NCBI GenBank assembly: GCA_051294375.1
Contig: CM119267.1
Coordinates: forward strand, 4,974,558-5,038,557
Direction: 5' to 3'
Length of the DNA: 64,000 bases
From: Paraspadella gotoi
Lineage: Eukaryota > Animalia > Chaetognatha
This document shows, in pieces, positions 1 through 11,074 of the stretch (its first letter is position 1; each line of letters opens with the position of its first letter). The notes beneath the pieces were generated by a model. It saw only the letters and a list, made by a program, of their open reading frames with translations, ran no database searches and was not told the DNA's origin. Both the position numbers and the translations under genes were made by a program.

Positions 1-455
1 AAAAGCAAACGACGCCGGAATAGTAAGTAGTACGCGCGTAATAACGCGCGGAAACACGGCTGCATTGCAAATACATGTCAACAAAGACACGATAGCCTTC
101 ATTTAAGCACTAGTAGCCAACGTAGACTTGCCCTCACCGTATGTCTCAAAGCTTATTACCCTTTTTTAGCAAAGTGATTCTTGTAATAAAAACCGAGCAG
201 AATCACCACCTAGAACATCAGCAGACCTGATGTTTCACGTTTTTTCCTCAATTCGCTCGTGTCGATTGCCGTGCGCCGGAACTGCGTTGCCGCCGAAAAA
301 TGCGCGCGGGCCAGACGCTCGTTCACGGCACGCCCTCTTTCGCGGCGCCTCAGAATTCGCCAACTCTTCGTCTCCTCTCGAAACGCCCTCGACGTCGAAT
401 CGCCGTTCGTCTTCGTTCCGGTTCGTTTTAGTCGTCGGCTTCGTCGTCGTCGTTT

Positions 456-487
<32 letters not shown>

Positions 488-1145
488 TGTTTTTCTTCAA
501 TTCCGTTTCACATGGCTTTTTAAGTTTTAACCAGTTTCGAAGCAATTGTAGCGTTTGCTTATGACTTTAGTAATTTTTGGCGATTTGATAATTACGAGCG
601 ATAATTTTTATGACTAATAATTATTTACGATGTTTTTTTTATTGGTCACATCTTAATGTACTCAGTTCTCCCTGAAGCGATTTAAAGTATTTCACGTCGA
701 AAAGTCAATGATAATGATACTCAGCAAACAAGAGCGCCAGTACGACCGCGAAAATGATTAGATTAGAAATCATTACTTAATGATTAGAAATGATTACTTT
801 CATTGATATATCGATAGTTGATAAAAAAAAACAAACGATAAGCAAGTCAAGTCAAGCTACAGGCTGACGATCGGATGCTAGAAAGAAAGCCGTCTCAATC
901 TTTAACAAAACAATTAAAAAAATACGAACTGACACGACGACAAAAAAACTACATCCTTGTAACTTACATCGGCGCATTCTATCGTTAAAGAGAGAAAAAA
1001 AACATCAGTTTTTTTTTTAATAATTTATCTCCCAATTTCAAGGGGGGCGAGAGCAGAGCACAGAGAGAGAGATGAGAGACGAGAGGAAGAGAGAGAGAGT
1101 GAAGAGAGGAGACGAGAGAGGGAAGAGAGAGAGAGACGAGAGAGA

Positions 1146-1183
<38 letters not shown>

Positions 1184-2797
1184 GAGAGTTAATCGAGAGA
1201 TTTGAATATTTTTTTCCCCTATTTTTTTTTTCCTCTTTTTTTTTCTTCATTTTTTTTCAAACTTTCTCCACAATTCGCGACGTATGGAAGACATTAATCA
1301 CGGATAAAGTCGCCAGGCACCCTACTGGAGTTCGGGCGCCGTGTGGCGCTGCTGGATCTGCAACAGTCGCTGCCAGCACGCTGCGGAGATTACTGTCGAC
1401 CCGGCTGTCGCAGCGTTTTGATGAGGAGCTGCGGATGGAATTTTTTTTTCTACTTAATATAGATCTTATGAATTTTCCTTCGCTTCTCGAAGTTCTTTTT
1501 CTTTCCTCTAGAAATCATTAAACCTTCTCGAGTTTTAAAATGAACAAGTTTTTTCTATGGAATCGGTGCAGATTTATTAAACGGAGAAATTGCCTAACAA
1601 AAAATTGTTCATTGTTTCTCTTTTTAATTTATCGGCTGCACTAAACTTCTCTTTTTAAATGTATCCTATTCAAAAAGACTCTTTATACCTCTGGGTGCCA
1701 ACTCTGACGGAAACCAAATAATAAGCTTAGCACAAGCTCCTGAATACTAGCTAAAAATAAGCAAATTTTTCTGACAGATTGCAAAAAAAATAGCTAGAAT
1801 TTTTATCGGCTTACCTTGTATATTTAACATGAGAAATTATCGTCTATAGAGCAAAATAGCATTTGATTTTGTTTACTTTTTAATCTATGAAAGTAACACA
1901 GAAACACAAATATAAAGCAGTTATTCACATTCAATGCATGCAAGTTTAAAAAAAAGTAAGAATATTGTCACAGTGAGTTTGCATAACGAGACGCCGTTCT
2001 TGAAAAATTTCCTCTTCATCTGATAAATACTGCTATCCTACCCTGTTCCTTCTATTCCTCAATCTAAACCCTCCCCTACTTGTTGCATTACGCGTAACAG
2101 TTTTAGCGCCTTTTTGTGATCATACATTTGACTGATTGAAGTTATCCATCATACGCAGTGACAGTGGCTCCTGTAAACACAGGCTACGCAACAGGACTGG
2201 TCCCCATATCCTCGCCTCACAGCCTCTGCGAGTCAATAAGATGGCCCTCTACTATGCGCCTGTACACCCTAGAATAGCCACGTCGACCGGTTGTGCGTTA
2301 CGTTTATTTTTCGAAACGCCGACCCAATGATTGCTAACACATAGCAATCTCTGTTTACAGTTATACTACGACTCCGATCGAGACGCACTTGGCTCGACAC
2401 TAGTACGTTCGAAGTGAACAGAGCAAGAAGGATCGCTGTCGAATGCCAAGCATTGTCTAATTCTGGGCGAAAATGTTTCTCATCTCCATCATTTTCACTT
2501 TGCCACACACTGCAGACCAAAACAGTGCATCTAGCATTGGAGCCTTTTCAGCTGGGACACTCGCTGTAGCGCTATGGCACATCCCACGAGCGATGCAGTC
2601 GCCTGACGGACAGTATATGACATCGCCGGCATTTGATTACTTGCAGCGCCGCAGCGACACGACGAGATACACTGTCTGTAAAAACTAAACTACAACGCTC
2701 CAGGCCGTTGAGGACCGTGAACAGTATTTCAGCAGGAAAATCATATCTATTTCACCAAATATAATAGATAACAACTTTAAATAATCGATTTACTTTA
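1..2797 (+). repeat. Direct duplicate of ~7853-10275 (probably an assembly/long-read artefact)
   Basis: Colinear match differing mostly by single-base insertions; ends at a 25-N gap. Confidence 0.85.
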
Positions 2798-2800
2798 TCT
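1689..2800 (-). mobile_element. Noisy duplicate of the hAT element (right end lost at a gap)
   Basis: Same left flank (TTTATAC|CTCTGGGTGCCAACT) and a colinear, insertion-rich interior. Confidence 0.75.
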
Positions 2801-2902
2801 CTCTCTNNNNNNNNNNNNNNNNNNNNNNNNNGAGAGAGAGAGAGAGAGAGAGAGAGAAACATAAGAAGGACAGAAAATTGACTAAAAGAAACATAAAAAA
2901 AT

Positions 2903-3250
2903 AACAAGAATGGTGATTCCAATACGTTGCGCCGGAGTGACTTTATTTTCATGAGCTTTTCCCTTTTATTACATTATATGACATGATATGACATAACTAA
3001 AAAATTTTCTTAGCCCTTGTATTTATGACAATCACTGCATCGAAATTCCGTTTAATCTTTATAGTATATAGGATTTCCTGAAGGCGGCGCTAGCAGTCCC
3101 TTAAAATTGAGTTTTTTTTCTTGTCTTAACAAATGAGCAACCAACTATAGGTGAAATATATATATTTTTAACGAAAGTGGGACAGACCGACGGACAGACA
3201 TAACGACCAACAGACATACCGACCGACAGACCGACCGAAAAGTGACTTTA
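2903..3250 (-). mobile_element. HINE family copy
   Basis: Reverse-complement match to 40560-40880 (GATTTCCTGAAGGCGGCGCTAGCAGTCCCTTA core, GACC/GACA microsatellite, AACAAGAA end). Confidence 0.75.
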
Positions 3251-3261
3251 AAGAGGAGAGA

Positions 3262-3372
3262 TAATTATGCTGTTGACCAAATTATGCCAGTTTACCAAAT
3301 TTGTCAGTTGACCCAAAGTATGCCAGTTGACCAAATAATGCAAGTTGATTAATTATGCAAGTTGACCAAGTT
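3262..3372. repeat. ~18-bp minisatellite (GTTGACCAAATTATGCCA)
   Basis: About six degenerate tandem units. Confidence 0.85.
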
Positions 3373-3441
3373 AGCTTATTACCACTTAATTATCGTAGGC
3401 AGATCCGACATTGTTTGCTCAAACTTGTTTTTTTAATTGGA

Positions 3442-4180
3442 CGTGGGAGAAATCCCACGTGGGAGGAATCCCGTGTGAGAGGAATCCCGCGTGGGAGGAA
3501 TACCGTCGTGGAGGAATACCGCGTGGGAGGAATCCCGCGTGGGAGGAATCCCGCATGGGAGGAATCCCGTGTGGGAGGAATCCCGCATGGGAGGAATCCC
3601 GCATAGGAGGAATCCCGCGTGGGAGGAATCCCGTGTGGGAGAATCCCCGCGTGGGAGGAATCCCGTGGGGAGGATCCGCGCGTGGGAGGAATCCCGTGTG
3701 GGAGGAATCCGCGTGGGAGGAATCAGTGTGGGAGGAATCCCGCGTGGGAGGAATCCCGCATGGGAAGAATCCCGCGTGGAGGAATTCCGTGTGGGAGGAA
3801 TCTCGTGTGGAGGAATCTCGTGTGGGAGGAATCCCGTGTGGGAGGAATCCCGCATGGGAGGAATCCCGTGTGGGAGGAATCCCGCGTGGGAGGAATCCCG
3901 CGTGGGAGGAATCCCGCTTGGGAGGAATTCCATGGGGAGAATTCTGTGGGGAGGAAACCCGTGTGGGAGGAATCCGCGCGGCTGAGGAATTCCTTTGGGA
4001 GGAATCCCGTGTGGAGGAATTCCTTTGGGAGGAATCCCGTGTGGGAGCAATTCCATTGGGAGGAATCCCTTGGGGAGGAATCCCGTGTGGGAGGAACCCG
4101 TGTGGGAGGAATCCCGCGNNNNNNNNNNNNNNNNNNNNNNNNNTGGGAGGAATCCTGTTGGGAGGAATCCCAATGGAACC
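3442..4180. repeat. 16-bp GC-rich minisatellite (GTGGGAGGAATCCCGC/GT)
   Basis: Head-to-tail units with no unique spacers; explains the overlapping ORFs at 3355-4267; interrupted by a 25-N gap. Confidence 0.95.
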
Positions 4181-4291
4181 CTATTTTACTTATGTAATTT
4201 TTCAGGTTGGCCTCTTTTTTTTTTGCACGGGACTGTATTGAAGAGAATAATATATATAATAATATAATAATAATATAATAATATATATATA

Positions 4292-4685
4292 AGTCAGGGG
4301 CAAGATAGCTTATTTATTAAATGAATGGATAATTTTTATATTGGTTGTACCAATTTCATAAAATTCAGCTCCTTGTATTTTGATGCTAGTGCGGAGTATA
4401 ATAAGTATTCCCCGATCTAATACTTAAGGGAGTGGTCTTTTCATACAATTGAAACATTCTTTGAAATATTATACCACTTCATTGATAGGGAAGCCAGGTA
4501 CTCTGGGAGTGAATAAACGAGACTGTGAGAGAGTCTTAATTGAAAGCTTGCAGGGACCTGCTATGTCATTATCTTGTAAGAGTGATGGAGGCCTTAAACC
4601 ACCAAAGCCTGTCCAAAGTCAGGGGCAAGATAGCTTATTTATTAAATTAATGGATAATTTTTATATTGGTTGTACCAATTTCATA
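4292..4685. mobile_element. Unclassified dispersed repeat in partial-tandem arrangement
   Basis: 4292-4360 is directly repeated at ~4616-4685. Further copies at 30346-30435 (+) and 36036-36150 (-). All share the terminus ..CCAATTTCA. Confidence 0.65.
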
Positions 4686-4901
4686 TAAAGGTATTAAAGA
4701 AACTAAAAAAACGATTGCGGACCAAATATAAAGAGAGATAAAGAAAATACTGAGTGGAAGGCGCATCTGGACTTTTTTTTTCGTTTCTAAATATAAATTT
4801 TGGATCAACTTCCTTTCCCGTCCGCTCTCTATATTTCTCTGTCTCTCTCTTTCTCTCTCTCTCTCTCTTTCTCTCTTTCTCTCTTTCTCTCTTTCTCTCT
4901 T

Positions 4902-4932
<31 letters not shown>

Positions 4933-5418
4933 TTCCTCCGTCTCAGCGCTAAAAAGATTATATTAACTTAAGAGAAACTTGATGAGTGAAGAAGGGAGAG
5001 AAGCAGGGCTTGGGTAAGGTTGGTGGGTAAGTGCTTCAGAAGGTGGGTAGGTGAGTGGCCGATGGTGAGAAAAAAAGACTTTTTCCTTTTTTCCCTCTTA
5101 AAATCGAATTACTAAGTATTTTTCTCAATTTTTTTTTTCTGCCTTCAGACTTCCATGTTTCAACTGAGGCTTCTCAGCCTTTGACAATGACGCTTCTGCT
5201 TTAGAGAGAGAGAGTGGGAGAGAGAGTGGGAGAGGGAGAGAGAGAGAGAGTGAGAGAGAGAGAGTGAGAGAGAGAGAGAGAGAATATCGGCCATAAACAA
5301 ATTTGGCCCTGTTTCAGTTAGGTGAGACAGAATGAATAAGAGATCAATTTTACAGGGAAATCGCTGACAACCGACGTGGAAAACGACTTATCCTTTGAAT
5401 TTGGCCCACCTATAAAAA

Positions 5419-5457
<39 letters not shown>

Positions 5458-6155
5458 GTCACACTCCGGTGATGATCACGTTTCTTTCCTCGCTCTGTCG
5501 GGTCGGTGAGTTTTCACTCTCATCATCTCGCCATCGGTTTTTTCTCTCGTCCCGGGATTCGCACCATAGCACCATGAGATTGTAGCCCCGTGGCCCGCGC
5601 CAACCAAAGGGCGGGTAATCGCTTTTGTGGAACTCATAAAAGTTGTCAGATGCGAGTAATTGTTGAGAAGTCTAGTTTTAATTTTAAAACTTTTACTTCA
5701 CTTATTATAAGTTTTCGATGTTGCTATGAAACTTGGTCAAAAGACACTAGTTCGATCTTTCGACTTCACGATCCCATAAATTTCACATTCACTTTCCGAA
5801 ACTCAACACTGTTTCACGTTTCTTGTTAAACTCCAAGACTCTTTTGTTCACATTCTCACATAATTTCCGCATTCACAATTTCTTTCCTGTCTCACAATTC
5901 TATTCCCTTTTTCCCAATTTCCATTTTCGGTCTCTACCTCCCGACGTAAAGTCGCCCAAAACGAATTTAAGCTTCCCATTGCAAATTGCCATCGCCATTG
6001 CCATTGCCATTGCCATTCCCATTCCCATTGCCCTCCCAAAAATAAATTATGTTCAAAATTTTGGGATAACAGATAAAAAAAATAAAAAAAGAGAAAACAT
6101 TAAACAAACTTTGTGTCTCCGGAGATTTATTTCGTTCATTCATCCGTGAAGTGAT

Positions 6156-6270
6156 ATGAGTGCCACCGAGGCTGCGGCGCCGGCGGCAGCGCCGGATGCG
6201 GTGGCGGCGGCGGCTGCAGCAATCTCGCCAACGGTTGTTTCTCATGGGGTGTTGACAATGGAAGCGACGG
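6156..6270 (+). CDS. Candidate first coding exon, Ala-rich N-terminus (MSATEAAAPAAAPDAVAAAAAAISPTVVSHGVLTMEAT)
   Basis: GC-rich ATG-initiated frame downstream of a CpG-rich, GC-box-containing region (~5490-5620). Donor uncertain. Possible downstream exon ~7721-7871 ending at GTAAGT. Confidence 0.3.
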
Positions 6271-8286
6271 TATTTAGTGTAGCTCTACCTTTGGGAGTGG
6301 CATCGTTTGTACGTCTGCTTGGAGGGAAATCTAGTTGTCGCAAGTTCGAAAGTTTATGACAAATTAGGTTGGAGTTTCTCAAATTTAGCAAAAGTAGTAT
6401 TTAAAGTAATTTTTATCAAGTATAGAGTAAGTCAGTTAAGAAAAAACCGGCAATTTCACTGCTTTAATAAATTTGAAAGTCTAATTATAGAAAAAATAGG
6501 AATTAATTCTATTTAGGAGAAAAATGTTGAAGTTTCGGAAATTTAAAATTTTTTTGATTAGGAAATAAATTCCGCCCGTCTGCTTTTATTTAATTAAGGT
6601 TCGGATAAATAATCTTAACCGAGGATTTAAAAACGTTTCCTCCCGAATTTTACTGTCATTTATTTGATGATAAAATGAACGATAAGTTTTGTTCATGCAA
6701 ATATGACGATTAAGTTTTCTGCTTTAAACTTTACATAAACTTTACATATTTAAACTTACACTTAGTTCAATTTTAAGAATTCTCGGCTCGCTCGAGGACT
6801 TAAAAATTCGCTTATGTCAACGACCCAAGACCACGTCAGTGCGAGAAGCTATTAATTTCCGAATAGAAATCCTTCATTATAAACTATATAGTCTTTTTTA
6901 ATTAACTCTCGCCAGGCAAGGTTATGCGAATAACTAAATAATGAGAAAATGTAACTAAAGGAAAACGATGATGATGTTCCTGAGCCGGGAATAATTAATT
7001 TAACTTGGAAACGAAAAAAAAAAAAAAATTCCGCTCGCTCATTGGTCGAGATAATTAAGACTAACATAGGAAGAGGATGGAAAAATGACGAAGATGAGAC
7101 GACGACGACGACAGCGACGACGACGACAGCGACGACGTACGATAACTAGTCTGCCATCATCGGCGACGTGAGGAAAGGAGGAATAAATCATGGAAAGTCG
7201 AAAAACCTGATTTTTTTTCTTTCTTTTTTATTTTTATTCTTCTTCCGCTTTTTTTTGCTTTTCCCTCATTCTTCTTCTTGTTACTTCTACTTCTTGCTAC
7301 TTTCACTTATTCTCGCTTTCACCTCTTATTTTTCTTTTTGTTTTAATTAAATTCTTACAATTCGTTATTTTCTAAACTCATAGTTTTTCTTATCTTTCTT
7401 TTTTTCTTGCTTTCTTTCTAAATTTTTTCTCTAAATTTCCGTTTGTTCTTCTTCTCTTCCTCTCTTTTTCCGTGTTCCTCTTCTCATAATTTTCCATTTT
7501 TTCTCCTCTCTAACTTCTCTTTTTCATCAACATTCTTGTTCATATTTCTTTCCCTTCGTTCTTCCTTTTCCCCGTTCTCCCACTTTCCTCTTCCTCCCTT
7601 CTCATTCTTCCTCGCCGCACTTTCCACTTCTCCCCTCTCCATGTTCCTCACTTCCTCCCTCCATCTTCCTCCCTCTTTCCTCTTCTCCCACTTTCCTCTT
7701 CCCCCCTCTTCTCCTTCTCGAAATGACGAATGCTCGTGGAGAGATATAAACCTCGCCCATCTTGAAAGGATTACGAAGTCACTCGGTTCCATAACCCGTC
7801 GTCTTATCTCCCCTTTGCACGCGAAACAAACTCGTCGCGCGTTCAAACCGAGAAAAGCAAACGAGCGAATAGTAAGTAGTACGCGCGTAATAAGCGCGGA
7901 ACACGCTGCATGCAAATACATGTCACAAAGACATGATAGCTTCATTAAGCACTAGTAGCCAACGTAGCTTTCCCTCACGTATGCCTCAAAGCTTTTACCC
8001 TTTTTTAGCAAAGTGATTCTGTAATAAAAACCGAGAGAATCACCACAGAACATCACAAGACCTGATGTTTCGACGTTTTTTCCTCATTCCGCTCGTGTCG
8101 ATTGCGTGCGCCGGAACTGCGTGCGCCGAAAATGCGCGCGCGGCCAGACGCTCGTCACGGCCACGCCCTCTTTCGCCGCGCGCTCAGAATTCGCCCAACT
8201 CTTCGTCTCCTCTCGACACGCCCTCGACGTCGGAATCGCCGTCGTCTTCGTCGTCGTTTTAGTCGTCGGCTTCGTCGTCGTCGTTT

Positions 8287-8318
<32 letters not shown>

Positions 8319-8846
8319 TGTTTTTCTTCAATTCCTTTCACACTGGCTTTTAATGTTTAACCAGTTCGAAGCAATTGGTAGCGTTTGCTATGACTTTAGT
8401 AATTGGCGATTTGATAATTACGAGCGATAATTTTTATGACTAATAATTATTACGATGTTATGTCACATCTTAATGTACTCAGTTCTCCCTGAAGCGATTT
8501 AAAGTATCACGTCGAAAGTCAATGATGATGATCTCAGAAACAAGAGCGCCAGTACGACCGCGAAAATGAGTGATTAGAAATGATTACTTAATGATTAGAA
8601 ATGATTACTTTATGATATATCGATAGTTGATAAAAAAAACAAAACGATAAAGTCAAGTCAAGTCAAGCTACAGGCTGACGAACCGAATGCTAGAAAGAAA
8701 GCCGTTCAATCTTTAACAAAACAATAAAAAATACGACTGACCGACCGACAAAAAACTACATCCTTGTAAACTACATCGGCGCATTCTATGTTTAAGAGAG
8801 AAAATCATTTTTTTTTAATAATTTATCTCCCAATTTCAAGGGGCGA

Positions 8847-8939
<93 letters not shown>

Positions 8940-9417
8940 ATCGAGTTAATCGAGAGATTTGAATATTTTTTCCCCTATTTTTTTTTTCCTCTTTTTTTTC
9001 TCATTTTTTTAAAACTTTCTCCACAATTCGCGACGATGGAGACATTAATCACGGATAAAGTCGAGGACCCTACTGAGTCGGGCGTGTGGATCTGCAACAG
9101 TCGCTGCAGCACGCTGCGGAGATTACTGTCGACCGCGCTGTCGCAGCGTTGATGATGGAGCTGCGATGGAATTTTTTTTTCTACTTAATATAGAATCTTA
9201 TGAATTTTCCTTCGCTTCTCGAAGTTCGATTTTCTTTCCTCTAGAAATCATTAAACCTTCTCGAGTTTTAAAATGAACAAGTTTTTCTATGGGAATCGGT
9301 GGCAGTTTTATTAACGAGAATTGCCTAACAAAAAATTGTTCATTTGTTTTCTCTTTTAATTTATCGGTGCACGAAACTTCTCTTTTAAATTATCCTATCA
9401 AAAAGACTCTTTTATAC

Positions 9418-10351
9418 CTCTGGTGCCAACTCTGACGAAACCAAAATAGCTAGTCACAGCCTGAATACTAGCTAAAAATAGCAAATTTTTTTTGACAGAT
9501 GCTAAAAAAATAGCTAGATTTTTATCGGCTTACTTGTTATTTAACATGAGAAATTATCGTCTATAGAGCAAAAATAGCATGATTTTGTTTACTATTTTAA
9601 TCTATGAAAGTACACAGAAAACAAATATAAAGCGTTATTCCACTTCAGCATGCAAGTTAAAAAAAAGTAAGAATAGTCAGTGAATGATAAAAACGCGTTC
9701 TTGAAAAATTTCCTCTACATCTGATAAAACTTGTATTATTTCCTCATCCTCATCTAACTCCTACTATTGCATTACGGTTAAGTTTTAGGCCTTTTTGTGA
9801 TCATACATTGACTGATTGAAGTTATCCATCATAAGTGACAGTGGCTTAAAGGTAGCACAGGACTGGCCATTCCCCCTCAGGCCTAGGCGAGTCAATAAGA
9901 TGGCCTCTACTGCTGAAATAGCAAGCGAGTTGCGTTGTTTATTTTTAACGACGCCCATGATGCTAAAAATTCTTTCAACAGTAGCATTGTAAATATGTAG
10001 AACAAAGAAGAGATGCTGCGAGCATTGTTAATTCTGGGAAAAGTTTCTCATCTCCAATTTTTACTTTTGCAACTGCAGACCAAAAGTCTAGCATTGGAGT
10101 TAGTGGACTGGTGCCTTGCACATCGAGAGCAGTGTGACGGAGTTGACGCATTGATATTGAGGCGAGGAAGACGAGATACATGTTGTAAAAATAAACAAGT
10201 GAACAGTATTTCAGCAGGAAAACATTCTATAGATTCACAAAATAAATAGATACAAACTAATAATGATTTACTTTTTTTCCCCTCTCATGAAATAGCTAGA
10301 TGCTAACTAGCTGAACGATCTAGCTACAAGATAGCTAAGTTGGCACCAGAG
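9418..10351 (-). mobile_element. Internally deleted (non-autonomous) hAT DNA transposon, 934 bp
   Basis: Perfect 14-bp TIRs CTCTGGTGCCAACT (9418-9431) / AGTTGGCACCAGAG (10338-10351); 8-bp TSD TTTTATAC (9410-9417, 10352-10359); clustered subterminal TAGCTA motifs at both ends. Confidence 0.93.
9680..10250 (-). pseudogene. hAT transposase C-terminal dimerisation-domain remnant (frameshifted)
   Basis: Minus strand reads FWSAVAKVKIGDEKLFPELTMLAASLLC / NATVERIFSIMGVVKNKQRNSLAISAVEAILLTR, then an acidic tail ELDEDEEIIQVLSDVEEIF. This is the FW..FP.L..LA..LL....SxAxxERxFS signature of the hATC domain. Confidence 0.88.
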
Positions 10352-11074
10352 TTTTATACATTTTTTTCGTACCAAATGTCACACAAAAAGGCTTTTTCTA
10401 CAAATTTTAGTTCAGTAAATTTTCACTTAAGAGAAGCATCTCATTATTTTGTACACCAGTTAATTTAATTCCTTCCGTTCTCGAATAGCTAATGATTTCC
10501 TTTTTCGTATAACATGATAACCTTGATGATAACGAACAGAATCGTAGCAAGCAGCTCGTAACTAAGCAATTATTTGTATTCGTAGCGAGAACGTGCAAAG
10601 CCAACCACTCGACTCGTCCGGTTTTGCTCCTTTGGCGTAAAAACATTTCGGCGACGTCAATATGCAAATTGAATTTTTGACTCGAGATCGAGATAGGATT
10701 CGGCCGGCTCGAAATTGCCGCGTCGCCTTCGTTATGGTCGTCGTTAAAGGGTTTCAGTCCGTCCGCCAAGATGATAAGGACGACAACGACAACGGCGACG
10801 ACGACGACGACGACGACGACAACAACGACGGCAGCAACAACAGTAAAAACTCGAAACCAATTTTGTTGTTGTTGCTGAAACAAAGGAAGGAAAGGAGACA
10901 AAAAGGAAAGAGAGAAAAGAAAAGGAAAGAAATGCAGAAATATAAATTGATAGAAAGTTAAATACAATAGGAAATACTTAACGAAAGCGACTGAGAAAGA
11001 AAAGCAGAAAGAAAAAGGAGGGAGAGATGTAGTCACGCTTCGAAAGTCCAATGATGGATGATCTGCGAGAACGA

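Noticed and set aside
3442-4180. CRISPR array or repetitive protein (ORFs of 160-276 aa in several frames)
   Set aside because: Units are contiguous with no unique spacers, there are no cas genes and the context is eukaryotic; ORFs are open in most frames simply because the unit lacks stops
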